From Candidatus Burarchaeum australiense (GTDB lineage: Archaea > Micrarchaeota > Micrarchaeia > Burarchaeales > Burarchaeaceae), in NCBI GenBank assembly GCA_902386535.1, contig CABMJK010000014.1:1-57236 (forward strand): a stretch of 57,236 nucleotides of DNA, in the 5' to 3' direction. The first letter of the stretch is position 1. Each line of letters opens with the position of its first letter. The translations under genes and the position numbers were made by a program. The notes below the pieces were generated by a model. It did no database searches, was not told the origin of the DNA, and worked only from the letters and a program-made list of their open reading frames with translations. Shown here piece by piece: positions 48,549-57,236 of this stretch.

Positions 48549-50444
48549 CTATGCCTTGTCCTTCAGCTTCAGCCTCGGCAGAATGCCGATGGCCTTGATT
48601 TCGTCCAGCAGCAGCTTGAATGCGTAGCTCATCTCGACCTTGTAAAGCTCGGTCGAGTCGCATAGCGGGCAGTAGTCGCGCCGCTTTATGAAATCATGGA
48701 CCGCAATCATGCCGCACTTGTTGCACACTATCTCCACCGTCTTGTCGCTCTCCTCCAGCATCCTCTCGCGCACGAGCATGCTGGCGCCGTAGCCTATCAG
48801 GCAGTCGCGTTCCATCTCTCCGAACCTGAGTCCGCCCTCGCGCGCCTTGCCCTCCGTCGGCTGGTGCGTGAGCAGCTGCACCGGTCCGCGCGAGCGCACG
48901 TGCATCTTGTTCGAAACAAGGTGGTGCAGGCGCTGGTAGTAAATCACGCCCACGAAAATCTCGCTCTCGATGCGCTGGCCGCTCAGGCCGTCATACAATA
49001 TTTCCCGGCCATAGCTCTCGAAGCCGTTGGCCTTCAGAATCGTCTTGAAATCCTCGGCATCCTGGCCGGAGAAGGCGGTGCCGTTCACGCGCTGGCCGCT
49101 GAAGCATGCAGCCTTGCCGCCCATCATCTCTATCAGGTGGCCTGCCGTCATCCGGCTGGGGATGGCGTGCGGGTTGATGATGAGGTCGGGCACGATGCCG
49201 CTCTCGGTGAACGGCATGTCCTCCTGCGGCACGAGAAGGCACACGACACCCTTCTGGCCGTGCCTGCTCGCGAACTTGTCTCCCTTCTCCGGTATCTTTA
49301 TGCTCCTGACGCGCACCTTCACGAACTTGTTGCCGGCAGGGCTCTCGGTAAGCATGACCTGGTCCACTACTCCCTCGTCCCCGCTCTTTATCACGAGCGA
49401 GTTCTCCCTCTTCTTCTCCTCGGTGAGGCCGAAGGCGCTGACCTCTTCCAGGAATCTCGGCGGCGAGGTCTTGCCCACGAGCACGTCCTTTGACTGGACC
49501 TCGCTCTCTGGCACGGCGATGCCGTCATCGCCGAGATAGCGGTACATGTACTCTTCGCGGTAGCCGCTCACGGTCGGGTTCGGAATCTCGAACTTGTCCT
49601 TCTGCCCGCCCGGATAGCGGCGCTCCTCGGTCTCGTGCACCTTGTAGAAGACCGACCTTCCAAGGCCGCGGTCAACGGCGTTCTTGTTCATGACCACGGC
49701 GTCTCCCATGTTGTAACCATAATAGCTCGTAATCGCGACCACGAAGTTCTGCCCCGCGGGCCTGCGGTGGAAGTTCATGTGCCTGTAGGGCTCGGTCTGC
49801 ACGAGCGGCTCCTGCGGGTAGTATAATATGTGGGCGCGCGAATCCATGCGGATGTTGTAGTTGCTCGCGTAGAAGCCGAGCGACTGCTTGCTCATGGCGC
49901 AGGCCATCGTGATTCTCGGCGATGAGTTGTGCTCAGGGTAGGTAAGCTGCGAGACCGTCACGCCCGTAATCGAGACCGGATCTATTTCCATGTGCGTGCT
50001 CTTCTCGGTCATGTGGGCCTCGTCTGCGGCCACGAACGCGAAGTCGTTCTCCTCTTCGGCATCCAGGTACTCGACAATGCCCATCTTGAGTATCTGGCTC
50101 CAGCTCAGGTCCCCGCTCTCTACTTTCTTCTTAATTTCCGGAGTGTAAAGCGACTTTCCGTTCTCGACCACCACGTAGGGCCTGCGCGCCCTGCCGCTGT
50201 CGGTGCTCACGTGCAGCTCGCCGGTCGCGCGGTTGAGCGCAAAATTGACTTCGGAGCTTATTTCGCCCGCCCTTCTCTTAGCGCGGAGAATTGCAATAAG
50301 CACGTCGCCGTCCTCGTGGAAGCCAATGAGCCTGCCGTTGATGTAAATCGCGGTGCGCGCAAGCCTTTCAATCTCCTGAATCTTGCCCGCAACCATGCGC
50401 TTTACTTTCCGGCTTTTTTTCTTTATGGTAGTCATGATCATCAC
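48549..50444 (-). CDS. rpoB1: DNA-directed RNA polymerase subunit B' (C-terminal half of split RpoB)
   Basis: GDKFASRHGQKG, GEMERDC and a C-terminal Zn ribbon CNKCG...CPLC. Confidence 0.95.
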   Translation of the reverse strand: MMIMTTIKKKSRKVKRMVAGKIQEIERLARTAIYINGRLIGFHEDGDVLIAILRAKRRAGEISSEVNFALNRATGELHVSTDSGRARRPYVVVENGKSLYTPEIKKKVESGDLSWSQILKMGIVEYLDAEEENDFAFVAADEAHMTEKSTHMEIDPVSITGVTVSQLTYPEHNSSPRITMACAMSKQSLGFYASNYNIRMDSRAHILYYPQEPLVQTEPYRHMNFHRRPAGQNFVVAITSYYGYNMGDAVVMNKNAVDRGLGRSVFYKVHETEERRYPGGQKDKFEIPNPTVSGYREEYMYRYLGDDGIAVPESEVQSKDVLVGKTSPPRFLEEVSAFGLTEEKKRENSLVIKSGDEGVVDQVMLTESPAGNKFVKVRVRSIKIPEKGDKFASRHGQKGVVCLLVPQEDMPFTESGIVPDLIINPHAIPSRMTAGHLIEMMGGKAACFSGQRVNGTAFSGQDAEDFKTILKANGFESYGREILYDGLSGQRIESEIFVGVIYYQRLHHLVSNKMHVRSRGPVQLLTHQPTEGKAREGGLRFGEMERDCLIGYGASMLVRERMLEESDKTVEIVCNKCGMIAVHDFIKRRDYCPLCDSTELYKVEMSYAFKLLLDEIKAIGILPRLKLKDKA

Positions 50445-50450
50445 AGTTGC

Positions 50451-52049
50451 CTAATTCTTCTTTTCCTTCTCGCCCGCGCGGCCCCTGCCCCCGCTTTCCT
50501 CCGGGAACGCCTTCACCTCTTCCATCATCGCGGCCTTCTCGCCCTCGCCGGTCGGGGAAACCGCGCCGGTGTGCATCTCCTCAATCGCAACGCCGTTGGA
50601 ACGCAGGATTTCCTCGATGGGCTTCTCGCTCTCGCCAGTCGTAATCTCGCAGAGCAGCGCCATGTTCTTCACCAGCGCGCAGCTCGGGCCTTCGGGAGAC
50701 TCGTTCGGGCACAGCTTGCCCCACTGCGAGCCGTGCAAGTCCCTGGCCTTGAAGTGCGGGTGCTTGCGCGAAAGCGGGGAAATGATGCGCCTCAAGTGCG
50801 AAACGGATGAAAGGTGGTTTGTGCGGTCGAGCAGCTGGGACACTCCCGTCTGCCCCGCAATCCAGTTGCCCGTGGCCATCGAATACCTCATCCTCTCGCT
50901 CAATGCGTCGGGCCTTACGATGGTCTGCACCACGAGCCTTCTTCCGCGCGCGAACGCGCGTTCGACCTGGTAAGCGACATCCTTGACGAGGAACTGGAAC
51001 GCATATCTGAAAAGCTCTTCCATCAGGTTGCCGGCCAGCTTGATCCTCTTGTTCCCGTAGAAGTCCTTGTCATCCTCGGGCACGATCTTGTAGGACACCT
51101 TCATGCCCTTCTCAGCCATCTTGCACAAGTAGTATGCCTTCGCGAGCCTGTCGCCGGGCTCGACTCCGAGATGGGGCAGGAGGTAGGTGTCGAGCAGCAC
51201 GTCGACGCGCTTGTTCCTGTACTCCCGCGCCTGGCCCGGAGCCACCTTCTTGCCGATGCTCTCGAGAGCCTCCTCGTGGTTCTTCGTCTCGTCAATCTCG
51301 AGGTTCAGGAGCAGGTCGTTCATTATCGGGCCCTTCTCCGCATCCTTGAAAGCGGCAATTATGTCCTCGTTCTTCTCCAGCCCGAGCGCGCGCAGGGCGG
51401 TCATTAGTCGCAGGTCCTTGGGCGCCGCCGGGAAGCTGACGTTCATCACGCCCTCCTGGCTCCTCTCGACGACGCACCGCGCCCTGAAGCCGAAGCGCAT
51501 CGAGAAGACCTTGGAGGTCGTGAGCGCGCCGTCCTTTTCGCGCGAAACCATTATGCGGTTGGGTGCCAGGTCCTCTATGGACACGAGCACGCGCTCGCTG
51601 CCGTTGATTATGAAATAGCCGCCCGGGTCCTCCGGGTCCTCGCCCTTCTCGACCAGCTGCTCGCGGCTCAGGCCCTCGAGGTGGCACAGCTTCGACTTCA
51701 CCATCACGGGCAGTTCGCCAATGAAAACTTCGGGGAAGCCGCGCCTCTCGACGCCGTTCACGATCGGGATGATCTCAAGGAAAATCGGGGCTGCATAGTT
51801 CAAATCGCGCATGCGCGCTTCCATCGGGCTGATGGGCCTGCGCGAGCCGTCGGCCTCCATCATCATGGGCTTTTCCTCGATGCGCACCTTGCCGAGCTTG
51901 AGCTTGTAGTTCTCGATGTTCGGTTCGATGATGCCCACGCGGTCGATTACCTGCTGTATGCCAAAAGTCACGAACTTATTATAGCTCTCCAGGTGCTGCC
52001 TCACGAGCGAGTTTTCCTGGAAATATGCGTCTAGAAGTTCAACGGTCAT
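50451..52049 (-). CDS. rpoB2: DNA-directed RNA polymerase subunit B'' (N-terminal half of split RpoB)
   Basis: N-terminal RpoB lobes (LVRQHLESYN, GYFIINGSERV). It lies directly upstream of B'. Confidence 0.95.
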   Translation of the reverse strand: MTVELLDAYFQENSLVRQHLESYNKFVTFGIQQVIDRVGIIEPNIENYKLKLGKVRIEEKPMMMEADGSRRPISPMEARMRDLNYAAPIFLEIIPIVNGVERRGFPEVFIGELPVMVKSKLCHLEGLSREQLVEKGEDPEDPGGYFIINGSERVLVSIEDLAPNRIMVSREKDGALTTSKVFSMRFGFRARCVVERSQEGVMNVSFPAAPKDLRLMTALRALGLEKNEDIIAAFKDAEKGPIMNDLLLNLEIDETKNHEEALESIGKKVAPGQAREYRNKRVDVLLDTYLLPHLGVEPGDRLAKAYYLCKMAEKGMKVSYKIVPEDDKDFYGNKRIKLAGNLMEELFRYAFQFLVKDVAYQVERAFARGRRLVVQTIVRPDALSERMRYSMATGNWIAGQTGVSQLLDRTNHLSSVSHLRRIISPLSRKHPHFKARDLHGSQWGKLCPNESPEGPSCALVKNMALLCEITTGESEKPIEEILRSNGVAIEEMHTGAVSPTGEGEKAAMMEEVKAFPEESGGRGRAGEKEKKN

Positions 52050-52208
52050 TCAATCATCCACATCCCGCATTTGCATCCTCGCATCCTGCCAGGCGGCCCG
52101 TCCTTCCCGCCATCCAACAACCGCCTCCTCGTCCTTCCCGGCGTCGCGGTTCGGCGCGCGCGAAAGGGAGGTCTCTCCCTCGTGTTAGCGCGCCCCTTTC
52201 CGGCCCCT

Positions 52209-52445
52209 TCACTCGACCACTAGCCTGTAATATGCCAGCTCGGTCTTCTTGTCAACGTCGCTTTTCCGCGTTATCCTGACAACGTCGCCCGCCTCGGCCT
52301 CCTTGTCCCTCAGCACCGCGTCGTTTGCATGTATCTTGGGTAGTTGCTCCGACTTAAGCCCGCTCTCGGAAAAGAACTTCTCCTTCTCCTGCTCCGACAG
52401 CACCTCGTGTTTCGGAATTAGGATATGCTCTGGGGACTCGGCCAA
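52209..52445 (-). CDS. rpoH: DNA-directed RNA polymerase subunit H (Rpb5-like)
   Basis: LIPKHEVLSEQEKE...QLPKIHANDAV...GDVVRITRKS...YYRLVV. Confidence 0.9.
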   Translation of the reverse strand: MAESPEHILIPKHEVLSEQEKEKFFSESGLKSEQLPKIHANDAVLRDKEAEAGDVVRITRKSDVDKKTELAYYRLVVE

Positions 52446-52687
52446 ATAACCACCTTACTTTAGAAGTGCAAGTTGGCTCTTAGATAAGTCAGCAAGTTAT
52501 TTAAAGCTTAAACGGGCTTTTGCAATAATTTTACCGTAGCCTTCCCGCACCCTATAGTTACAGTGCAAGTCTTTTCCTCTATTATATGACTTAGGCCAGG
52601 TCAAAACGTGAAAAGCCGGGGCCAGGACGTGAACCGCTACAGGAATCACTGAGCCGATTTAGCCCCGTCACGCCTTCGCACGTCACT

Positions 52688-54172
52688 TTACTTCTTCTTA
52701 TTCGCGTCCTCCTCTTCCAGCATGTTCCTTATCATCTTCTGCAGCTGCAGCCTCTTGGCATCGTAGGCCTTCTCCTTGAGGCTCACGTCCGACATGCTCT
52801 GCTTTATCTCGGTAATCTTCCCGCTCTTGCCGCTCACCTCGGCCGAGACTTCTAGCGCGCTCACGGACTTGGACAGCAGCCTGAGCTGCTTCACGAGCCT
52901 GTCCCGTTCCACTTCCATCTCGTCAATAGCGTCAATTATTTCGGCCACCTGCTGCCTCTTGGCCACCGCGCTCTCGTACTTCTCGACGCCCTTGTGCGCA
53001 AGCTCGACCTGGTCCTCTATCTCCTTCTTGCTCTTGTTCAGTGCACCAACCATCTCGTCGGTCAGCTCCCTTATCTGGCCCGCCTCCTGCCGGAAGCCCA
53101 TGTCCACCTTGGCCAGCTGCCCGTCGTACTCGTCCAGCGAGCCGATGAGCTTCTTCTTCGCGCTCATGAGCTCCTCGTACTTGCTCTCATGCGTTTCCAG
53201 CGCCTTGGTTATCGCGTCCGTGCGGTCTGCCAGTATGCGGCTCTGCTCGTCCACCTCGCGCTCCATCACCTCGAGGCTCTCCTTCTCCTTCCTCAGCCGC
53301 GCCAGGTTCTCGCTCACGTTCCCGCTCACAAGTATGTCCTTCATCGTGCCCAGCTTCCGGTCGATGTCCAGCACGCGGAATTGCAGCTTCTCGATGAGCG
53401 CCTCGGCATCGGCCTTGTACTGCTGCATCTCCTTGGCGCTCTCCTCGAGCTTGGCCATGGCCTCGATGGCTCCGGCAATCTCGGTCTTCTGCTCGGCGCT
53501 CCGCTTCAGCGCCTGCTGCAGCGAGGTCTTCACCTCCTCGACCGACTCGAGGCTCTTGTCCAGCTTCTTCCTCGCGTCGGCAATCTCGTTCACGCGGTCG
53601 CGCAGGCCGGGCGTCTTCTCGATTTCCTTCACGCGCTTGTTCATTTCCGCCAGCAGTTCGCGCTTGCGCTGAATCTCGCGCTCAATCGCATTCAGCTTCT
53701 CGAGCATGTCGCTGATCTTGGTCATCTTCTCCTGGAACAGCTTTTCCTTGTCCTTGTCGACCGCGTGCAGGGCGTCGAGCCTGCCCCTCAGCTTCTCGGG
53801 AAGCTGCTGGTCCATGGCGCCCGCCAGCTCGGTCAGCTCCTTCCTTATGGATTGCAGGTCGCCCTCCTTCGCCTTCGCGCGCTCAATGAGCGCCCTCAGG
53901 TCCCGCGTTATCGAGGCCTTCTGCTCGTCAATCTTCTCGATATTGACCTTCATGTCCTCCTCGGTCGGGCCCTTCCACACGAGGTAGATGCGCGTGAGCC
54001 TGTACTCCAGCTTCAGCACCTTTTCCTCCTCGAGAAGCTTGGCCCACTCCTCGGCCACCGGGGTAGAGACTCCGAGCGCCGAGGCCGCTTCGCTGAGCTC
54101 GATTTTTTGCCTGTCGTGAACTATCCGTATGAGGCCGTCTATGCCAGTTGTAATAGGGCCTTCCTGCGCCAT
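52688..54172 (-). CDS. long coiled-coil protein with N-terminal wHTH-like segment
   Basis: N-terminal IELSEAASALGVSTPVAEEWAKLLEEEKVLKLEY followed by about 400 aa of heptad-rich charged helix. The ORF track offers an alternative start at 54235. Confidence 0.6.
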   Translation of the reverse strand: MAQEGPITTGIDGLIRIVHDRQKIELSEAASALGVSTPVAEEWAKLLEEEKVLKLEYRLTRIYLVWKGPTEEDMKVNIEKIDEQKASITRDLRALIERAKAKEGDLQSIRKELTELAGAMDQQLPEKLRGRLDALHAVDKDKEKLFQEKMTKISDMLEKLNAIEREIQRKRELLAEMNKRVKEIEKTPGLRDRVNEIADARKKLDKSLESVEEVKTSLQQALKRSAEQKTEIAGAIEAMAKLEESAKEMQQYKADAEALIEKLQFRVLDIDRKLGTMKDILVSGNVSENLARLRKEKESLEVMEREVDEQSRILADRTDAITKALETHESKYEELMSAKKKLIGSLDEYDGQLAKVDMGFRQEAGQIRELTDEMVGALNKSKKEIEDQVELAHKGVEKYESAVAKRQQVAEIIDAIDEMEVERDRLVKQLRLLSKSVSALEVSAEVSGKSGKITEIKQSMSDVSLKEKAYDAKRLQLQKMIRNMLEEEDANKKK

Positions 54173-54201
54173 TCCACGACCGCATGGGCATCGCTCAGCC
54201 T

Positions 54202-54209
54202 CTATATTA
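54202..54209 (-). promoter_or_regulatory. TATA-box candidate for the coiled-coil gene
   Basis: Minus-strand TTAATATA lies about 30 nt upstream of the ATG at 54172. Confidence 0.3.
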
Positions 54210-54252
54210 AGCTTTACTTTCGCGCCCCGTCCCACGTCTGAAAATGGATAGG

Positions 54253-54260
54253 TTTAATAA
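54253..54260 (+). promoter_or_regulatory. TATA-box candidate for the PP2C-like gene
   Basis: TTTAATAA lies 23 nt upstream of the ATG at 54283. Confidence 0.35.
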
Positions 54261-54282
54261 GTTGAAACGACGTAATTATGTC

Positions 54283-55242
54283 ATGAGCGCCAATCCAGGG
54301 ACTAGTCCGATTGCCGTCATAACTAAACCGGGTGCTGCCGGCCCTGCAACGGTAACACAAAAAGCACCCCCGGGTCAGGGCCGCGAGTTCGAAACCTCGG
54401 CCCGCAGGCGCCTCACGATTGAAGACACGATCTTCCACCTTCCGTACAAAGGCTCCAAGCTCGGCGGCGACCTTCTGTGCGAGAGGAAGCACGAGAAGAA
54501 GGGCGAGAGCTGGGAGTTGCACATAATAGCCGACATAAGCGGCCACGGCTTGGAAGCGGAGAACTTCCGCTCGGACATCGATGTCGCAGTTGAAACCGCG
54601 ATAAACAAATATCTCCTCGCTCATCCCTCCGGGAACCCTCCTTCGCCTGCAGAAATCCTGAAGCTGGCCGAGGCGGAGATAAAATCCGTTTTCGAGGAAA
54701 AGCTCGCCCCGTTCAGGAGAAATGCCGAGATAGCTGCGCTCCAGAAGAAACTGTTCCCGCAGGAGAAGCTGGACAATTCAGCCGAGAAGGCGCTCGATAC
54801 CTATTCCGGGAAATTCGTGACGCTGGCCTGCGTCGTATTTGACCTCGAAAAGCACGAGCTCACGCATGCGAGCGCGGGGCAAGAGGCGATTCTCCGCTAT
54901 TCTGCCATGGACAAAAAGACCGCCCCGCTGGACTCGGAGGTTGCAATGCCTGTGTTCTTTGATGATTTCCTGTGCAACAAGAATGGCTTCACCGAAAAAA
55001 CCGTGAAACTGGCGGAGGGGGACATAGTCCTGCTGCTCACTGACGGCATCTTCGACCTGTTCAGGAAGCGGAAGCTCACCGAGGCCGTATTTTCAAACGT
55101 GATTACGCACTACGAGTCCGAGTCAACGGGCGACATAATGAAGAAGCTGGAAGGCATAATGGACGCCGCGGGCGCAGGGGGCGCGCTTTTCAACCTTCAG
55201 GAAGTCGACGATGCCACCATGCGCCTGTTCAAGGTGCAATAA
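54283..55242 (+). CDS. PPM/SpoIIE-family (PP2C-like) protein phosphatase
   Basis: IIADISGHGLEAE and GDIVLLLTDGIFD match SpoIIE/RsbU-type metal-binding motifs. Alternative start at 54244. Confidence 0.7.
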   Translation: MSANPGTSPIAVITKPGAAGPATVTQKAPPGQGREFETSARRRLTIEDTIFHLPYKGSKLGGDLLCERKHEKKGESWELHIIADISGHGLEAENFRSDIDVAVETAINKYLLAHPSGNPPSPAEILKLAEAEIKSVFEEKLAPFRRNAEIAALQKKLFPQEKLDNSAEKALDTYSGKFVTLACVVFDLEKHELTHASAGQEAILRYSAMDKKTAPLDSEVAMPVFFDDFLCNKNGFTEKTVKLAEGDIVLLLTDGIFDLFRKRKLTEAVFSNVITHYESESTGDIMKKLEGIMDAAGAGGALFNLQEVDDATMRLFKVQ

Positions 55243-55394
55243 CTTTACCCTCGTTTTCTAGCAAACTATTGGTAGGCTCAGAGAGAGAAAGATTTTTAAA
55301 CCTGCCTGCTAAACTTTTTAAAACTAACGAGAGTCGGCAGACGTGCGGGCGCAGGCATGAGCTGGCCTACTTACAATCATCAAGGGTTGCTCAA

Positions 55395-56291
55395 ATGACT
55401 GAAACTTGTCCGGAATGCAAAAGCAAGAACCTAGTGCGGGACCACGAGAAGGGCGAGGTCATCTGCAAGGAATGCGGGCTCATCGTGAGCGAGGAGCTGG
55501 ACGCCGGGCCGGAATGGCGCGCCTTCGACTCCGAGCAGCGCGACAAGCGCGCCCGCACCGGCGCACCGTCGAAATACATGAGGCCCAACAAGGGCCTCGT
55601 CACCGAGATAGACCAGTACAACCGCGACATACGCGGCGTGAAGATTTCCTCCAACAAGCAGGCGCAGCTCTACCGCATGCGCAAGTGGCACAAGCGCGCC
55701 TCGGTGGCGAGTTCCATGGAGCGCAATCTCTCCATAGCGTTGAGCGAGCTTGACCGCATCGCGAGCTACCTGGGCCTGCCCGAGGGCATGCGCGAGGCAG
55801 CCGCCCTCCTTTACAGGCGCTGCGTCGAGCGCGGCCTCATCCGCGGCAGGCTCATCGAGGCCGTGGTGGCCGGCGTGCTCTATGCCATATGCCGCGAATA
55901 CGGCGTGCCGCGCACGCTGGACGAGCTCGCGGCGCAGTCGAACATCGAGAAGAAGGAGATAGGCCGCGCCTACCGCCTCATCGCGCGCGAGATGAACCTC
56001 AAGCTTCCACTCACCGACCCGTCGCAGTACATACCGCGCCTCTGCTCGTCCCTGAAGCTGAGCGGCCGCGTGCAGGAGCGCGCCATCGAGATGACCCACA
56101 AGGCGATAAACGGCTCGCTCATAAGCGGCCGCGGCCCGAGCGGCGTCGCGGCTGCGGCAGTCTACATCGCGGCCTCGCTCGAGGGCGAGCGGCGCACGCA
56201 GAAGGAAGTCTCGGACGTCGCAGGCGTTACGGAAGTTACGATCCGCAATAGATACCGCGAGCTGAAGAAGGCGCTGAACCTGAAGGCCTGA
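55395..56291 (+). CDS. tfb: transcription initiation factor IIB (TFB)
   Basis: N-terminal Zn ribbon CPECKS...CKECG, a B-reader/linker and two cyclin-like repeats. The ORF track extends to a TTG at 55269. Confidence 0.95.
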   Translation: MTETCPECKSKNLVRDHEKGEVICKECGLIVSEELDAGPEWRAFDSEQRDKRARTGAPSKYMRPNKGLVTEIDQYNRDIRGVKISSNKQAQLYRMRKWHKRASVASSMERNLSIALSELDRIASYLGLPEGMREAAALLYRRCVERGLIRGRLIEAVVAGVLYAICREYGVPRTLDELAAQSNIEKKEIGRAYRLIAREMNLKLPLTDPSQYIPRLCSSLKLSGRVQERAIEMTHKAINGSLISGRGPSGVAAAAVYIAASLEGERRTQKEVSDVAGVTEVTIRNRYRELKKALNLKA

Positions 56292-56348
56292 GCCCCGGCA
56301 ACCGCCCGCGCGGACCGCTTAATCAGTTAAAAATATTCGCTAATGTAA

Positions 56349-56380
56349 AGGGAAGGTATCGGAAACCGTAGGTTTCTGAT
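56349..56380 (+). repeat. 32-nt direct repeat copy 1 (tRNA-Ile 5' leader)
   Basis: AGGGAAGGTATCGGAAACCGTAGGTTTCTGAT ends 4 nt before the tRNA 5' end. It contains the hairpin GAAACC-GTA-GGTTTC (56362-56376). Confidence 0.9.
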
Positions 56381-56384
56381 TTTT

Positions 56385-56509
56385 GGGCCGGTAGCTTAGC
56401 CTGGTTGGAGCGCTCGGCTGATAGAACCCTGAAGGTTTCCGAGGGAAGGTATCGGAAACCGTAGGTTTCTGATACCGAGAGGTCCTGCGTTCAAATCGCA
56501 GTCGGCCCA
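56385..56509 (+). tRNA. tRNA-Ile (anticodon GAT) with 50-nt canonical-position intron (56424-56473)
   Basis: The exons give GGGCCGG-TA-GCTT-AGCCTGGTTG-GAGC-G-CTCGG-CTGATA|A-CCGAG-AGGTC-CTGCG-TTCAAAT-CGCAG-TCGGCCC-A. The intron lies between positions 37 and 38. Confidence 0.85.
56442..56473 (+). repeat. 32-nt direct repeat copy 2 (last 32 nt of the tRNA-Ile intron)
   Basis: Identical to 56349-56380. It ends exactly at the predicted 3' splice site. Confidence 0.9.
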
Positions 56510-56513
56510 CTAA

Positions 56514-56518
56514 TTTTT
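56514..56518 (+). terminator. oligo-T tract downstream of tRNA-Ile
   Basis: TTTTT lies 5 nt after the tRNA 3' end. Confidence 0.3.
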
Positions 56519-56573
56519 CTGACCCTTGCCGATCTGTGCATATTTTTTTAAATTTTTCCGCCCATGCACTAGC

Positions 56574-57149
56574 ATGGACCTTGCCTGGGACGACGCGCGC
56601 ACGCGGAAGTTCACGAGCACGCTCGGTCTAATCACGAGCGACGGGCCGTGGGGGCCCAACATAATGTGCGCCGAGTGGAGCCGCCACATTTCCTATTCCC
56701 CGAGCATCATGCTCCTGAACCTGCACGCAGTGGACGCCACGGCGGACAATATCCTCAAGTCAAGGGAGTTCGGCATCAACCTCGCGGCGGAGAATCAGGC
56801 CCAGTTGTGCAGCGCGGCAGGCGGCAGCACGGGCAAGCAGGTGGACAAGATCGGGCTGCTGAAGGCGCTCGGGGCGGAATTCTACGCGGCGAAGAAAATC
56901 AGGGCGCCGATGCTGAAGGGCGCGTCCATGAATGCCGAATGCAAGCTCGTCAAGAGCGAGATGGTCGGCGACCACGTCATGTTTGTCGGCGAGCTGGTTG
57001 AAATAAGCGCAGACCCCAACCTCGAGTCGCTTCTCTATCATCAGGGCAAATACTGGAAATTAGGCGAGCAGATTCCCAGGCCCCCGCAGGAAATCATCGA
57101 CAAGGCAAAGGCCCTGGTGGAAAAGTATCGGAAGAAACAGCAGGCCTGA
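56574..57149 (+). CDS. flavin reductase-like (FMN-binding split-barrel) protein
   Basis: LGLITSDGPWGPNIMCAEWS...GDHVMFVGELVEI is typical of the flavin reductase-like domain. The start is taken at MDLAWDD. Confidence 0.75.
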   Translation: MDLAWDDARTRKFTSTLGLITSDGPWGPNIMCAEWSRHISYSPSIMLLNLHAVDATADNILKSREFGINLAAENQAQLCSAAGGSTGKQVDKIGLLKALGAEFYAAKKIRAPMLKGASMNAECKLVKSEMVGDHVMFVGELVEISADPNLESLLYHQGKYWKLGEQIPRPPQEIIDKAKALVEKYRKKQQA

Positions 57150-57236
57150 TTCTCGCTTGCCGCCCCGCTCATGCAACGTGCACGGTTACCGGGCCACGGG
57201 GCTGCCTGACTTGCATTTCGTTCAGCTTCGGCGGCG

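Overview
Archaeal chromosome fragment. It is GC-rich: hand counts of a few 60-nt lines in core genes give roughly 60-67% G+C. It is dominated by conserved information-processing genes. On the minus strand sits the classic cluster rpoH, rpoB2 (B''), rpoB1 (B'), rpoA1 (A'), rpoA2 (A''), L30e, NusA, S12, S7 and aEF-2. Other core genes are the PolD small and large subunits, SMC, TFB, Nop5, ArgRS, GlyRS, Ogg, MscL, an SPFH protein and an M24 peptidase. The split RpoB, PolD, leaderless-looking TATA-to-ATG spacing, many secreted lipobox/PT-linker proteins and tRNAs with non-canonical introns suggest a DPANN (Micrarchaeota/ARMAN-like) or related euryarchaeal lineage; this is inference only. Four tRNA genes are present: Leu-CAG, Pro-CGG, Arg-TCT with two non-canonical introns, and Ile-GAT with one canonical intron. 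Two stretches of lower GC stand out. The first (1-4198) is an integrase-bearing element next to the 3' end of tRNA-Leu. The second (about 21377-24545, about 3.2 kb, strongly AT-rich) lies directly after nop5. It carries a beta-class SPPY methyltransferase, a convergent small PD-(D/E)XK-like nuclease candidate, a DUF4145-like protein and four contiguous, translationally coupled small HTH paralogs. This is my best candidate for an undescribed defence or regulatory module. Other notable signals:
- a 32-nt perfect repeat shared by the tRNA-Ile 5' leader and its intron, with a related hairpin ahead of tRNA-Leu;
- a roughly 110-nt multi-helix element immediately upstream of smc;
- apparent 1-nt frameshifts in argS and hicA;
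- a RelE/ParE-like ORF whose N-terminal region has no start codon.
I found no rRNA genes and no CRISPR array.
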